Origin: Blasia pusilla
Taxonomy: Eukaryota
Assembly (NCBI GenBank): GCA_050084515.1
Contig: CM114271.1
Location: 21,886,001 to 21,950,000 of the forward strand
Direction: 5' to 3'
Length of the DNA stretch: 64,000 nucleotides
The notes under the pieces are model-generated. The model saw only the letters and a program-made list of their open reading frames with translations. It was not told the DNA's origin and did no database searches. Both the position numbers and the translations under genes were made by a program. Positions 24,615 through 37,800 of the stretch are shown piece after piece; position 1 is the first letter of the stretch; every line of letters begins with the position of its first letter.

Positions 24615-24845
24615 TGGACTAGTTACTCATGTCACCCAAATGCATCCATTGAACTGGAGCCTCCACAACTGATGGACTAGCGACTCCACATCAGCCAATT
24701 GCATCAATTAAACTGGACCCTCCACACAACCTGACGTTCTAGTGACTTACATCTCCCAAATGCATCCATTAAACTGGAACCTCCACAAGTGATGGGGTAG
24801 TGACTCGCATCTCCCAAATGCATCCACTAGACTGGAACCTTCGCA
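24615..24845. repeat. ~59-bp diverged tandem repeat, 4 copies
   Basis: CCAA(A/T)TGCATC..T..ACTGGA recurs at ~24636, ~24695, ~24756 and ~24814. Confidence 0.85.
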
Positions 24846-25916
24846 GACGTACCGACCGGCCTCCAAAACGATCATTTCATTTCCTATTACACGAGTGCAC
24901 TTCTTTATTCCAATCTCCGAGCTCTGAAGGTGCTCACTCACCGACACCGACTCACCTTCTCGCATTTCTCATCATCCATTAGAGTACGGAGGGTGCGCAA
25001 GGGCTTCAAGATTATTGCTGGGCAAACTTAGATGCGTCCGGACTTCCGAAGCAAATGCCTCGACTGTAATCCGGTGGGGCTTCATAAGAGGTGAGTGATT
25101 GTGAGGATTCTCGCCTGACGTAGCCTCTCATGCTTGAGCAGGTAATCAATGGACAGCATGGTGAAAATGCTGGCACACGAAGAGGAGAACCAAAGGACGC
25201 ATATGAGGACAGTCGATGTGCGTGGTGCGACAGTAATCGCCTCAGAAGTGCGAAGTTCCATCGGCGGTCCACTGCAAGGATTGGGCCGACTCGAATGCAA
25301 GAAGTCTAATAGAGCCAGTTCCTCTGTCATGTATTTAATCACGTGGCCAGTGTTTCGTGCTTTCGATTGCCGTCCTCCGATCTTTAATTCAGTTGCTGAG
25401 GTTACAAAAAGTCCTTTTGGACTATAATGAAGCTTTTGCCAACTGTCCATGATGTTACCTGGCCAGATCTCTTGGAGACTAAGACGGCATATACACTGAC
25501 AGTATCGTTACAAATATTCCAACCTTTCGGCCATTGTTATTCTCTGCTCTATGGAGAAAATAGGCAATGTATGTGAGAAATGTTCACATGGGATTAAATT
25601 AATTGGAAGTCAAAACTGGCCATGATGCGATCCTGGATAGACTTGGGCTTTCACAATTTCACCTGGATTTCCAGTTTAGTAACACCAGCTAGACATGTAT
25701 TTACTTCCTTTCTTGGAAAAGGGCTCCTGGGCAAGCATCAAGATGATTAAATTTGGGAGATATCTTACAAGAAAGGGCGGATGGATGAATGCAAAAATGT
25801 GCCATCCACTCGAAGGAAAAAATGGTTCTTTTTAAGGTGGACCGAGCACATGAGTACCACTGGTTTTGGATGTGACGGGCTGAAACTGGAGAAATGAGTT
25901 TTTCCTCCAATGTCGA

Positions 25917-28900
25917 TCATACCAAATTACTTTGGTGGGGTACGAGAGACTGTAACTCAATGTTACCCCCTTTGGATGATCGTCGTAGCTCCTCCCCTGG
26001 TGAGAGCAAAGAATAGGTTTTGAAACCTTGTACATCTAAAACTACATCCTTGACGGAAAATGTTACACTGTCGTCAGCTTCTTTTGATGATTTCAAATCT
26101 GCTGTGGCAGGGGGGGGATTCTGGCAAGTATTATTCGGTAGAGAGGTCCTATCATTCGAACTTATAACACCGACTACAAGTGGGTTCGGCGAATGGTCTC
26201 TACACTTATTTGAGGGGGTTTGTGAATTTGAATTACTGTTTCTCCCGAGTTCAAGTGAAAATGAGAGAGGCTTTGAGGATACTGAACATGAGAGTGATCC
26301 TGCCGAAGAATAATGATCCACCAGAATTGTCTTCTGCGAAGTGACGATCGCTTTTGATGACGTTGTAATTGGATCTTCCACACAGGACATTCCAGGATTT
26401 TGAACAATAACCAGCATTGGCCTTTGCATATTTCCACTCTTGGATACCGAAGTCGGCTGCATTTTGTCAAAGACAGTTCAATCAATCAGCTCGATGGAAC
26501 AGAGAATAATAACGTCACCATGAAAGATCCCACCTCCATTAGTCGTAAAGTGATACTGCCTAAAATGCCTTGTGGCGATAGTCCTCGTTCATGCTGCTAC
26601 TAATTGGCTTCAGTGCACAAGGAAGAGAGAGATTGAAGAAATCATTACGCTTGAGAGGAGGGAGACTCTCTTATAGATAAAAGTGTGAGAACGTACTGGA
26701 GGAATTACTAGGGGAAACCTTCCAGGGAATGAACAGGGAAGCCAGAAGAGTAAACATGGAACAGACTAAAAAGATCATCAGCTCACACGTATATCTGTAC
26801 TGGAGTTTGGAAACAAAAACTAAATTTTTTGACATCATTTAACAGTCACGATAGCCATTGGTGACACAAATCAATGGGATTCACAGTGTCCTATAACCAA
26901 AGTCCAGAAAAATTTGAGTCAAGAATGAGTCCCTACCACTCCGATGTGCCATTCTTTGAAATCCAAGCTATTGAATTCTTTCTCGTTCATCTCCTGTGCA
27001 AGGCATGCCATGCAGCACGTAGAGTGAATAATTGAGTTCAAGAGAACAGTTGTCAAGATTACTCAAAACCATAGCAACTTGATACACGCAGCTGGCAGCA
27101 TTGAGACTCGAAATGATTGTCTTTAACACTTTCATAGGACCTGAAAGACCGTGACATGATCCAATAGCACAGTTCAACCAAAGTCATGTTACTCCTAGCA
27201 GCGATTCTTGCCCAAAGAAAGGTGCTCACTAGCTAGAACCTTTCTCTGATATTCACAATCTCTTCTGGGTCACTCCCAAGAAGACGGGAAATTTGTTTCA
27301 TTCTATTTCTGCAATTGCAGGTTAAAGCACTTACAACACTGTAGATAGGGGGTAACATTCGTTGGCCTGAAGACTGTAAGGTGGGAATCACTGTGAAAAA
27401 TGGTGTCAGCTCCCTGGATCGGAAAGTCCACCTATCAATTTGCAAGGCAAAGTCAATGTTAAGAAATGAACAACTACACCTATGCCTCAGTGGATATGCT
27501 CTAATCCTGATAACCAGTCGAAGTTTCAAGTGCAGCACAGTCTCATCCTACTAAGCTCCTATGAGTTCCTCACTTGACATTCAGAGAAGATGGTGCACAA
27601 AGATTGGAGTTAATCCTGGAGGTATTAAAATCATTATGTATGTTCCTGCTTATCACTGGCTATCCATTAAATTTGGAACTCACACTGTAGCTGTAAACAG
27701 AGAATTCAACCTGAAAACCGAAAATAAGTTCATCTATTCTCCAGATACCTTGGGATATGTGTGACCCATTAACCAACCTAATTCCTGCACAACTAATCAG
27801 CTTGACATCCAAAATATAGTACGTAAAGGCATACCCAATGTAGAAAAAAATTCCTATCTCAGTCCACTCTCGCACAAGCAGGCGCATCCAATACTCATTT
27901 GCCACTCCTTCAGCCCTGGCATGCATCTGAAATATACGTGTGTTTTTTTGTTAGTCTCTTTGACAATTGCCCAACTCAGCTTAATTGAAAGTGCGCAGAA
28001 ACAGTCGCCCAATAGTATTTACATACCAGAACTTCAGCCACCACCATCATGAGCATGGCACCTTGAAATTTTCTGCAAAATTTGGCAATCAACCAGATCC
28101 GATTAACAATCCTACAACCTCAAATCGCGCAGGAACATTACACAGGTTAGGTTTACTGACGTTCCACTAGTCTACAGATTGAAGGTAAATTGGGAAAATT
28201 AAATTTCTCACATTAAAATTCGTACGATGTCACAACCAGAAAGAGAGGTCTCAATTGCACCCTGTTTCACACCTAAAATGGGGGCTTCCGGAATTCTTCA
28301 TAAGTGGCTACATTTTTTTTGGGTGGGGGGGAAGAATAAAGGACACAATTAATTTCAACGTCCACGGAGATCAGGGTTCAAGGCATACACTAAAGAGCCA
28401 CGACGACCAAGCAGAGCTAGCCCTCAGAGTCCTTCAGCTGTCTGATCGGAAGGTTCCCCTAGTCATGTTCTCGAGTAGCCTAGAGACCTTCACTATAGAC
28501 CTGCTGAGACACTTTTTGCTGCCGAAGGCGTGAAATTTTTTGCACCGCTGAATCTATGTTTGAAAGGATAATGACGGAGAAATGTTTCTCAGCCCAAGTG
28601 TTTGTTTCCATCACGATCTCTTTAGACACTCCACCAATTCTAACCGGGGGGGACAAAGGTATTACTCTACCATCTTTTAGGTGTTGCAGAAATGTTTGAT
28701 GGGAATAACCCTGAACTAGAGCAAACCCAGAATCTACTCAAAATTGAAGATCTTATCTCCTCACCATTCTTGAGCGTAAAAGGCAAATCCTCCCAGAATA
28801 TGGAAGGTCACGTGGTTTCCACAAATCATCTCTATGTCTAATTTTTTTAATTATGTCAAACAGACCACGACATATTGCCACTTGTCAGTGGCGAAAAGAC

Positions 28901-30694
28901 ACTCTTGGACTCTTTGATTTGACCAACCCCCGTAAGATACATAGGCCCGTCCCAGGATTTCAATGGCTTCTTTTTGTGTTCTCATGAACATAGATATCCA
29001 GTATTTCTTCATGTACATGACATAGATAGCCTGGCATCAAATTCACCCCAGACTATCTATATAGCCACTATGTAAGGATAAGCGAGGTCATAAAGTCCAG
29101 AACCTCTACCCGTTTCTTACAATCCACGAGTAGCTAGGGTAGATAAGTACTTGAACATGGTGTACTTGGTGTAGACAGCAGTGTGCATCATATGGACGCC
29201 CTCGTCTTGAATATGTTGCAGTTGCTCTCTGAGAATACTCAGATTTCGAGATACATGTAAAAATATGACATACAGCATTACCAAATAAATTAGCACCACC
29301 AGTACCTGCGAGAGATAAGATAAACACAGGTGCTCAACGGTCAGGTATCGCATTTTCTAAAAGCAAATGCAGTGGCGCCAACCCACCCTAAGCCCAAGCC
29401 CCACTCTTAGCTTTCTTGAAGAACCAAATGCAATGATCAATTGAAAGACACCTAAACTCCAATAGCTTCTTGAATATCCCACATCAAACAGCGCAAGTCT
29501 TGGGCCCACTAAAGTTAGTAAACGTATAACATGAAGGAGAGAGACAAGAGTACCGCAAATTGAGGTACTGCAGCCTTGTATCCAGTGAGAGTCAAGTACA
29601 AGAGAGATGCAAGTCCTGCTATGGAGCGACGCTCTGCAATGGACAGTTGCTCATGCATTGTACAGTAACCATGTGATATAAGTAGAAACGCGATGAAGCA
29701 TGCTGTTTCGAAGAATATCCGAGACACGAAGACACCAAAGGCCACCCAGAATGAACACGAGCTGAGATTTAGACATGAGTACCTGCGCTTGCAACACGAA
29801 TACATCCACATTCCTTTCACCATTAGTTACTGTACATCGTCGAAGCTTAGCTTTAAATTCAAAACTTTGCACAGGTTACATGCCCTGGAACTCTCGAGTC
29901 CCTAAATGTAGGACACGACACGCACGGCATTTCAGAGCTTGTCATCATCCGCAATGTCCCAGACCTACTTGCAGCCTCGATCACCAACAACTGAAGTACA
30001 CCTTGACATTCCTTTGTAAAGTTCACAAGGAATCGAGTGAGAGGATGGCATACCAGAAAACAAACGAAAGTCCCAGTACGAGGGCTTTCAGTACAGGTAC
30101 TGCCGTGAGAATCCATTGCAAGTTGCTCGACTGCCACCGGGACACACAAAATTTTCAGAAACTCCACACTCAAAACTCTACATGCCAGATCTGCACACAT
30201 ATTTCCTACATGCTTCCCATTGCGTCATCAGTGTGTGGTGGTTGGGGTGGGCATCTGGAACAAACAGCCACTTAGGACAACCCTGCCTTCTTTACTGGAC
30301 TTCTGTGTAGCTTGATCTGGCATGCCTTGCGAACGCAAACATTATACTTTCAAGTCCCATGAACCTTCCCATGAACCTCTACGGTCCCGGAGGTCAATAT
30401 AACTCAGTCCATACATTCGTTCACCACGCTAACATTGGCATATCATTCACCAAGCTAACGTTGGCATATCCTCCGACACGGGTCGTTGGCAAAAAGTCGA
30501 CAGACGGACAAAGAAGCAACGGGACTCACCTGCCATCTTCGTTTACTCCATGTGTTGACGGCCCACACGCCCACAAGAACCACCCAAACCACCAGGAGGC
30601 CGAAGAACAAGAACGGCAAAGGCCTGTAGCTTTCTTCCCATTCGGTTGGGTTCGTCAGCATAGACTTTTTGGCGGGATCTACAGCCGTATCCAT
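25917..30694 (-). CDS. Conserved plant seven-transmembrane protein (GPR107/GOST-like TM region), 485 aa, 9 coding exons
   Basis: Exons (minus): 30694-30530, 30130-30054, 29782-29554, 29305-29151, 28072-28027, 27926-27835, 27431-27335, 26993-26937, 26456-25917. All introns GT-AG, phases match, total 1458 nt. Reads MDTAVDP...ESYRPLPFLFF...NLQWILTAVPVLKAL...FLLISHGYC...REQLQHIQDE...YWMRLLVREW...WTFRS...LPPIYSVEM...EWHIGVPTS...LVIVQNP, matching an uncharacterised plant TM family. Confidence 0.9.
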
Positions 30695-33600
30695 ATCTCC
30701 TCGCCTCCTCTCGACTCCACGACAATGATTTCTGACCAATTTATTGCCTTGAAGTTCAAGCGTACCAAGTCTGGCATTGATAACTGACGAGGTTCCACTG
30801 TCACTTTCTACTCGCGACGACACGTTTTCCGCGACAAAAAGTTGAACGGAGACGCCATCCCAAATAGCACTCCTGTGGTCGGTTCGACACGGACGTTGAG
30901 GTTGCCAGCACCTTGATATCTTGGAAGGCTGCATTACACAGAGCAGAAAGCACGAGATACAGATTCAGCTTCTCGTCACAAGAGACACTGCTGTAAGCGT
31001 TGCTACAACCCCTTGACTAGAGATGGGGGAAAGGTTCTACCAAATCCACGTTAACGTGCAGGTATCATTCGAGGCGAGCAGCTAACGCGGGTACCGTACA
31101 CAGATTTTAAATGTGATGGGTAATTTCTTGAGTGTAGGGCATCGCTTGGAGCGGATCGTTAAGCGGCTGTCTGGTGGACATCAAGAGTGCCATCCGCAGC
31201 GATAATTTCACCTCTCCAATTCGCTTTGTTCCAGCCTGGCAATTCTTCACTAGAACAATCATCCTTCGAACCTCCGGACCTGCTGGGTGCGAATCAAAAC
31301 CATTGACGCGACGGTTCTTAAGTATCGACGCTATAACTGCGAGAGAATTCCACGGTCCACTCAGACATGGCGAAATTCCCGTGTATCCAATGGATTCTAC
31401 TTACTCTTTATCATGTATTAGTCTTCGTAACCGTCGTGAGTCCCGCCTACTCTCAAGTAAACTAAATCCTTTTCTCCTATTTCCGCTAGAGAGCATTTGG
31501 TGTTGCGTATCCCTGTCACGAGCGAAAGCAACTATGGAATTCATTATCCTCGGACCCTCAACGTCACCTTCCGAATTTAAAATGTCTCCTTTTAACAACC
31601 GTCACAAGGCACCGCCGCACCGACTCTAAATTCCCCCAGCCTTCTCCAGTGCAACTGAACAACCTGCGCTCTAATAGTCTTCCACCGTCAAGATATATTG
31701 ACAAGATATCAAGTTATACCAAGTTCCTCGTTCAGGCTAGGAGTCGGTTTCAGTCCCGCTCCAACGCTCTGTTCCATATCTCCAGGAAAACCAGTAAAAC
31801 CGGGGATGCCTTCCGACGTTACCTTCCCGCTACACGAACCATTTCAAGCATTTCTCCTAGATACAGGCATCACGGATGGCTAAACGTTACCATGTTTTCT
31901 GCGCTAAATCGAATAAGTCTCCCAGACTGGTTACTAGCTATCCCGGACGAGGAGACTACTTCGACACCAATGGAGGAGACTACTTCGACACCAATGGCGC
32001 CCCGCAGAGGAACAAAATGGGAACGGAGGAACGAAGGAAAATCCCACTAATATTCCTGAAAAATTCTCTTCCGCTGGAGAAAGGTCAAACTCAATGGATA
32101 CCTTGTAATAACAGGTAATTGTGCACTTGAATTTAAAGGGAGTCAAGTCGAAATTGCAGAGAGGCTCCGGCCTTCGAACGAATTTCTGTCGGTGAGCACG
32201 CATTCAGACAACATGACCGTTAGGATGCGATCCACCACATCACGTACGAAGCGGGCTTGTGTCAGGTCGACGATTCCGATGACATTTGCGTGGTGAATGC
32301 AGAACAAAGGACAACAAGATAACACTTGCGCTTATATCGGCGTATGAATTGGTCCTCAGTCGCGTAAGCGATCATGCCTAAAGCGCACCCACTGCAAGGG
32401 CCGTTGCAGTTTGCCGAACCGAACTCGCAACGGCGCGGGAATTTCACATTATTCCACCATCCCCCTCGCACTGAAGTCACATGGACACTGCTGGCGCCAA
32501 CGAAAAGTTCTACCGAACCACCTCTCGCGGGCGACCGACAATTCATCCACAAGACAAACAGACGAAACGAAAAGGAGTAAACGCACCTCACACGCAAACA
32601 GCGCACACCTCCACGGCTTTAATATCTCCTCTTCCAAGTCCTTGCACTTCCATCCCTTCGCGTCTCTCCCATTCCCCGCCCCAATCGCTCGATCAATTAC
32701 CGATTACCATTTACAATACCCCCCTGTGAAACACCCGTTGTACAAATCGAAGGAATGGATTCCCAATGCCATCACACACGAAACACCATCGTCCCACCAA
32801 CCAAACACCCGCTCCGCGAGCACAACTGAGGTCCTCATGACACCTCAAACTGTACTTCTCCTCCCTCCCCTCACCTCCGCTCCGCTCCTCTCCTAGGATT
32901 CCTTGTCTCTGTCAGCCCCGCCCCCACACTCATCCCCACTCAACCGACCAACCAATTCAGGTCCTCGCAATCTGGTGGGAGGGCAGTACTACGAGTTTCC
33001 CCCACGGCCCTTCTCTGCGATTCAAACAAGAGCATCAACAACAACGAAATCTTATGACGAGTGATCTCGGACGCTTCCTTCCATCCATTCAGACAGACAG
33101 AAAGACGGACGGACAGACGGACAAGCTCCCCGGAAGACGACAGACGGAGCCGACCTTGTGCGAAGCAGAAGGGGAGCTAACCGTTTGGGGCTGGCTCCCA
33201 AACGGAGACGTTCGGGGGAGGGTCCACCATCCTCTCTAACCTGCGGATGGAAACACCTTCAGACCGGTCCGAAACATCCCCGGGGCGGGTCCCGTGGCCC
33301 TGAGGTCAGTCGCCGGCAGAAGACCGGTAGATTATTTTTGTTTTGCAGTGGACGGCTTTCCTACAGGGACCGCAGTTTCTAGTTCTTCCCGGCAGTTACT
33401 TGACGCCGGTTACTGCGCGGCTCCCGTAAGGGTTACTCCCGATAAGGGACGCTTTTCCTCTAACTGTTACCCATGATAAATAATCGCAGCACTCACTGAT
33501 GAACTCGGGTCGGGTTTGTTCTTCCTCTTTGAGGGTCAAACTGACTCGAGTATAGAGTCTTTTGTCCTTTCCCGGTGTCAAACCTCCTCCTTGGGACCAC

Positions 33601-34699
33601 TGTGGGGTTGGTGACGAGTTAGTCCGTTCATTCTCGACCACCCTGTCACATGGAATGTCACGAATCGTTCTCCCCCAGCTAAGCTATCCTACGTGGGCTA
33701 GGTTTATTTATTATTTCGCTGGCATCGGGTCTAGGAGAGGGATGTTGTGCTCACATCTGGTGTCAAAACATGAATGAATCATGGAAAGAAGAAAAGAAAA
33801 GGGTGAGGAGGGGGTATTCAAAAAGTCCAGAACGCCAAGGCCACAACCTGCCCAGGTGAAAGAAAAGTCATGGAGACGGAAATTCGTAAATTTGGACTTA
33901 TATAACTGTTGTAACCATTCATTGAGGACTTTTAAAGGGCCGGGAAAAGGGGGAATTTTCCCTAGAGGAGGGGGATGGAGGCTCATGGTATGGGAGCTTT
34001 AAATAAGGAGGAACGGGCGAGGACTTTTCTAAAATGATGGGGGAAAATAAATTTGTATCCCCCAAGCAGGCATTCTAGTGTACGATTAACTGAATTTCAT
34101 TCTAGTAATTACGTTTGAAAATGCTAGAACAAAACCGTTTTACATATGGCGTTCCTCATCACATTTAAAAAATTGGAAACTATTAACATAGCATAACCCT
34201 CTCTCTTCCAACTAAACTATTTGAGTCCCCCCTACCTTCCTTTCCTTTACCCTTCTTCTTCCCGCTTACTCCTCCATCCATTTGGCTTTCTTCCTTTAAT
34301 TCATCAACACATCAAATTTTTTTCTTCACTTATTCATCCCTAATTCCTCTCCCATCCATCGACCCCTCCTCTCCTTTAGTCCTTCATTTCCTCCCCGTCC
34401 ATCCCTTTCAACTCATCTTGAGATTTCAAGAAGATAAGAACAGATAATAATAGTAGCAATTTCGTATGGCTCAATCAAATTTTTGAAAGTAGCCTCATGT
34501 ATGAAGGCATTTAATTGGGATCATTAAGAGCTCCATAAATACATTGGACGACAAAACGATATCAATGAACTAACCTCAGAAAACTCAAAGTTTGACAAAA
34601 ACTAGAGCCATGACTTCATTTCGACAAACTAAAAAGGCAGAAGATGCACTTCGATAAAAACGAGTGATGGAAAACCCATCGGAAGTACAAAAGAGGGGG

Positions 34700-34850
34700 A
34701 CTCAAAGAGTCAAAACCTGAAGGCCACAACAAGACCAGAAAAGGAAGAAGGGGGCATTCCCCCCCTAACGACGAAACTCACCAACAGCAGAGACAATATC
34801 AGCAACAACAAGAGAGCTATGACTACTACTAAATGGGCCTACTACAAACT
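34700..34850 (-). mobile_element. 3'-end remnant of the same RLE-type non-LTR family
   Basis: Minus strand CTGATATTGTCTCTGCTGTTGGTGAGTTTCGTCGTTAG...GCCCCCTT...GTTGTGGCCTTC aligns with the minus strand at ~35965-36050. Confidence 0.55.
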
Positions 34851-35959
34851 AAGAGCAAATGGATGCTTTGGCGGCGATTTTCCAATTATGTATTCATCAA
34901 ATTGCATTTGAACCATACCTTACAACGAAAATACTTTATGTCTGGTAACCTAAACAAATCGAGTAGATCTTGTACAAATTATATACAACAACAATAGGAC
35001 CAACACTTGTGATATCGTATCTTCGCGCATGAGATGTGAGAATGCGAAAAGAAAAACAACGACTAAGCAGATGAGGAAGAATATATATTTTTGTGTTTCC
35101 CAAGGTGATAAAAGAAGAACGAAAAGTGAGAATTATTCGTGATGATTTGCCAAAGATTCTAAGCTTATGACATTTTTTTAAAGGTTTCCTACGCATCATC
35201 AATGATTTCTCAAACATACCGCATGAATCATTTTTCAAATCCATCAGAGTAGTAAACAGCCAGATTTTAGGATGATATAAAGTTCCCAACTTTCAGTAGC
35301 CAATGCTAAATAGTAAGTATTTTGACATGATTTTCGGTTGTAATATTCGTGAAAAATATGGTAAGAAGTCTTATAGGCCATTTATAACCCAGTCTTTTCT
35401 TGATTGGTTTCTCCCGACGTTTGAACTCCTGGGGTACTAGAGTATATACTTTGTAATACACAACACAGCATCTTCCATACGTGAAGGAAGTTGTCTTCTA
35501 CCGATTTATGAAGAAATAAACAAGTAAATCCGCTTTTAGTTTGGTGGGGGAAATTCCCATGCAAAGAGAGGCGTCACTGCCTTTAGGAGAAACATTCCGG
35601 GGCGGGGTATGTGATGTACAGCTCGGAAAGTTCGGGGGCAGCGCAAAGGGCACCGGAGCAGCGAATCTTCCAGGAAGGGAGCCTCGAAAGAATGCATCCA
35701 GTCCTTCTGGGGAAACATTCGTTCCGGGCATGTCGGCTTTGGAGCGAGGCGGGGGGATGTGGGTGGGCATCGCACGCACGAGAATCTGCCACGAGGCAGG
35801 ACTTGAAAGACGAGTAAAGATGCGGCGGTCAAGGAGAGTTTTGTTATTTCTCGTGCGGACACGCGTCTCTTATGACTTTACGGAATCATTCCTCCAAAAC
35901 TTATATATACACGATGGAAAATTCATCCGCAATTTTAAGAATAACACGTTAAAGAGTAG

Positions 35960-37800
35960 AGAATACGAAGCCCACAACATGCCCATAAACAGCCAAGGGG
36001 GCCATCCCTTACCGTCTGAATTCACTAATAGCATAGATAATATCAGATGTGATTACCACTAAGCGGACCTCTAGTGTTGGAGTCTCCGCAGCTAGAGCGC
36101 GTTGCAAAGCTATGGAGACCCGTTGTGTACAATAGAGCATGGTAGTAATTAATGAAAATCCATTTCTCCATTGGAGATGATGGGCGCAATCAATAAAGAA
36201 GAGTCACACCTCTCCCCCATAGCGCCATACATCTCTATGGTTAGGGGACGAATCGATGTCCATCGTGAAGTCGACAATAGAGATGGGCCTTCTTCGCCGC
36301 CACCGCTGCTCTTTATAGCAATCTCCCTTGTGCTACCACTGGGGCTCGCATAGCCTCCTGCATAGGGTCCATCACTACAACGTCCGCCACCATCGCCTCA
36401 ACTTCTCATGTCATACAAAGATCAACACATATAAGGAAATCCCGCATGGAGAAGTGTTTCTCTCTCTCCACATGGAAGCGACTCTTGCGAGCAATATTAA
36501 ACATGTTATCCCGCGTTGCATCGTGAGTGGCAATTCTCTCACCCCTGATTGGAAAACGTGCTAAATGCACACCAAATGGATCCAAACTCCGGAGTGTGTC
36601 GTACCAACCACTGATGGTTAGGGGAGGCCTAGTCAAAACCGCATTGCTATGGTATGGGTAAGTGGTGCGATACCCTCAAGTCGCCTACGACGTTCTCTCC
36701 GGAGAGAATGTCGTAGGCGACTTGAGGGTTACCAATCCTTGTGAGATCATCAACGTGGAGCAAATCCTCAGTAACGAACGCCGCCACGAAAGTCCAAATA
36801 AAGTTTTGGCTCCCGAGCGGGACTACCAAGACGAATAACCCTCTGACATGTGCCATGAATCCATCAGATAAATGAAGATCATCAAGTAGGTTTCATGGAG
36901 ACCAAGCCTTGCACTTCCCCACTTTCATCGCAAGGCCGACCCATGCCTTGTGGTGTTAAAAAGTGCTAAAATGCAGGGACGACTACATCTCCACGGCCCA
37001 CAATATGAGTATCATTTGCCAACAAGGGGAAAATGCAACCTGGAAAAGCCTCCATTATAGAGAGAATGTGCCGCCCAAAGGGTTATCTTACTGAGTCCTA
37101 GTGGCGGACTCCAAAACCGTCACCTCCTCCTCAAACTGACCATGGTGGAAATAGAGGGCCAAAGGAGCCCCATAGAAAGCCTACACAAAGGGAATGCTGC
37201 TCACAATGGGGCCACCCGTGTCCCTCAACTTTGTGAAGATAGTTTCCCATGATGCCGAGTTGAAGGCATTTTCCACATCCTCTTGGAGGACAATCCACTC
37301 ATGATGTACATCAAGACAAGCCCTCAAACCTAAGGCTATCGTCTCACAATCGGCCGATGTAACAACTCCAAATTGATGCGGACTCAGATGTGACTGGAAA
37401 GCCTCAAAAAATTCCAAAGCAATAGTGCAACTCACCAACCTCAAGGCCATCTCCAGATCTATCAAAGTCAGGATGTTTTTGCCGCTAAGTGGTTTCGAAT
37501 TCCTGAACAAGTGAAGAAATCGGGAGAACAAGGGCATTTCATATCCCAACTAGTCCCCACACGGGGGGTTGGTGTGGGTCGAGGTATGGATACAACTCAC
37601 CAATAGGATACCCTCACCCCCTCTATCCATCTGGAGAGACAAATCCCACCAAACACTGCCTAAACTCCCCTCATTTGAGCTAGCAATCATGGTATTTGAC
37701 TCTCTTCCCATCTGTGGTAACGCTCTTCAAAGAAGAACACTCAACTTCAATCACCATCTAGGACTTCTAGACCCAAACCTCCTCCCCAAACATAACTAGA
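35960..37800 (-). mobile_element. Decayed non-LTR retrotransposon with RT and restriction-like endonuclease (CRE-like)
   Basis: RT motifs HLSPHQFGV and WIVLQEDVENAFNS (ORF 37181-37549), TQ*DNPLGG (~37090) and FPLLANDTHIVG (YADD equivalent, ~36996-37031). C-terminal region HLARFPIRGERIATHDATRD...FHVERE...VDLCMT (ORF 36406-36636), IEMYGAMG and RVSIALQRALAA (~36090-36122), stop at ~36009. Many stops and frameshifts. Confidence 0.8.
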
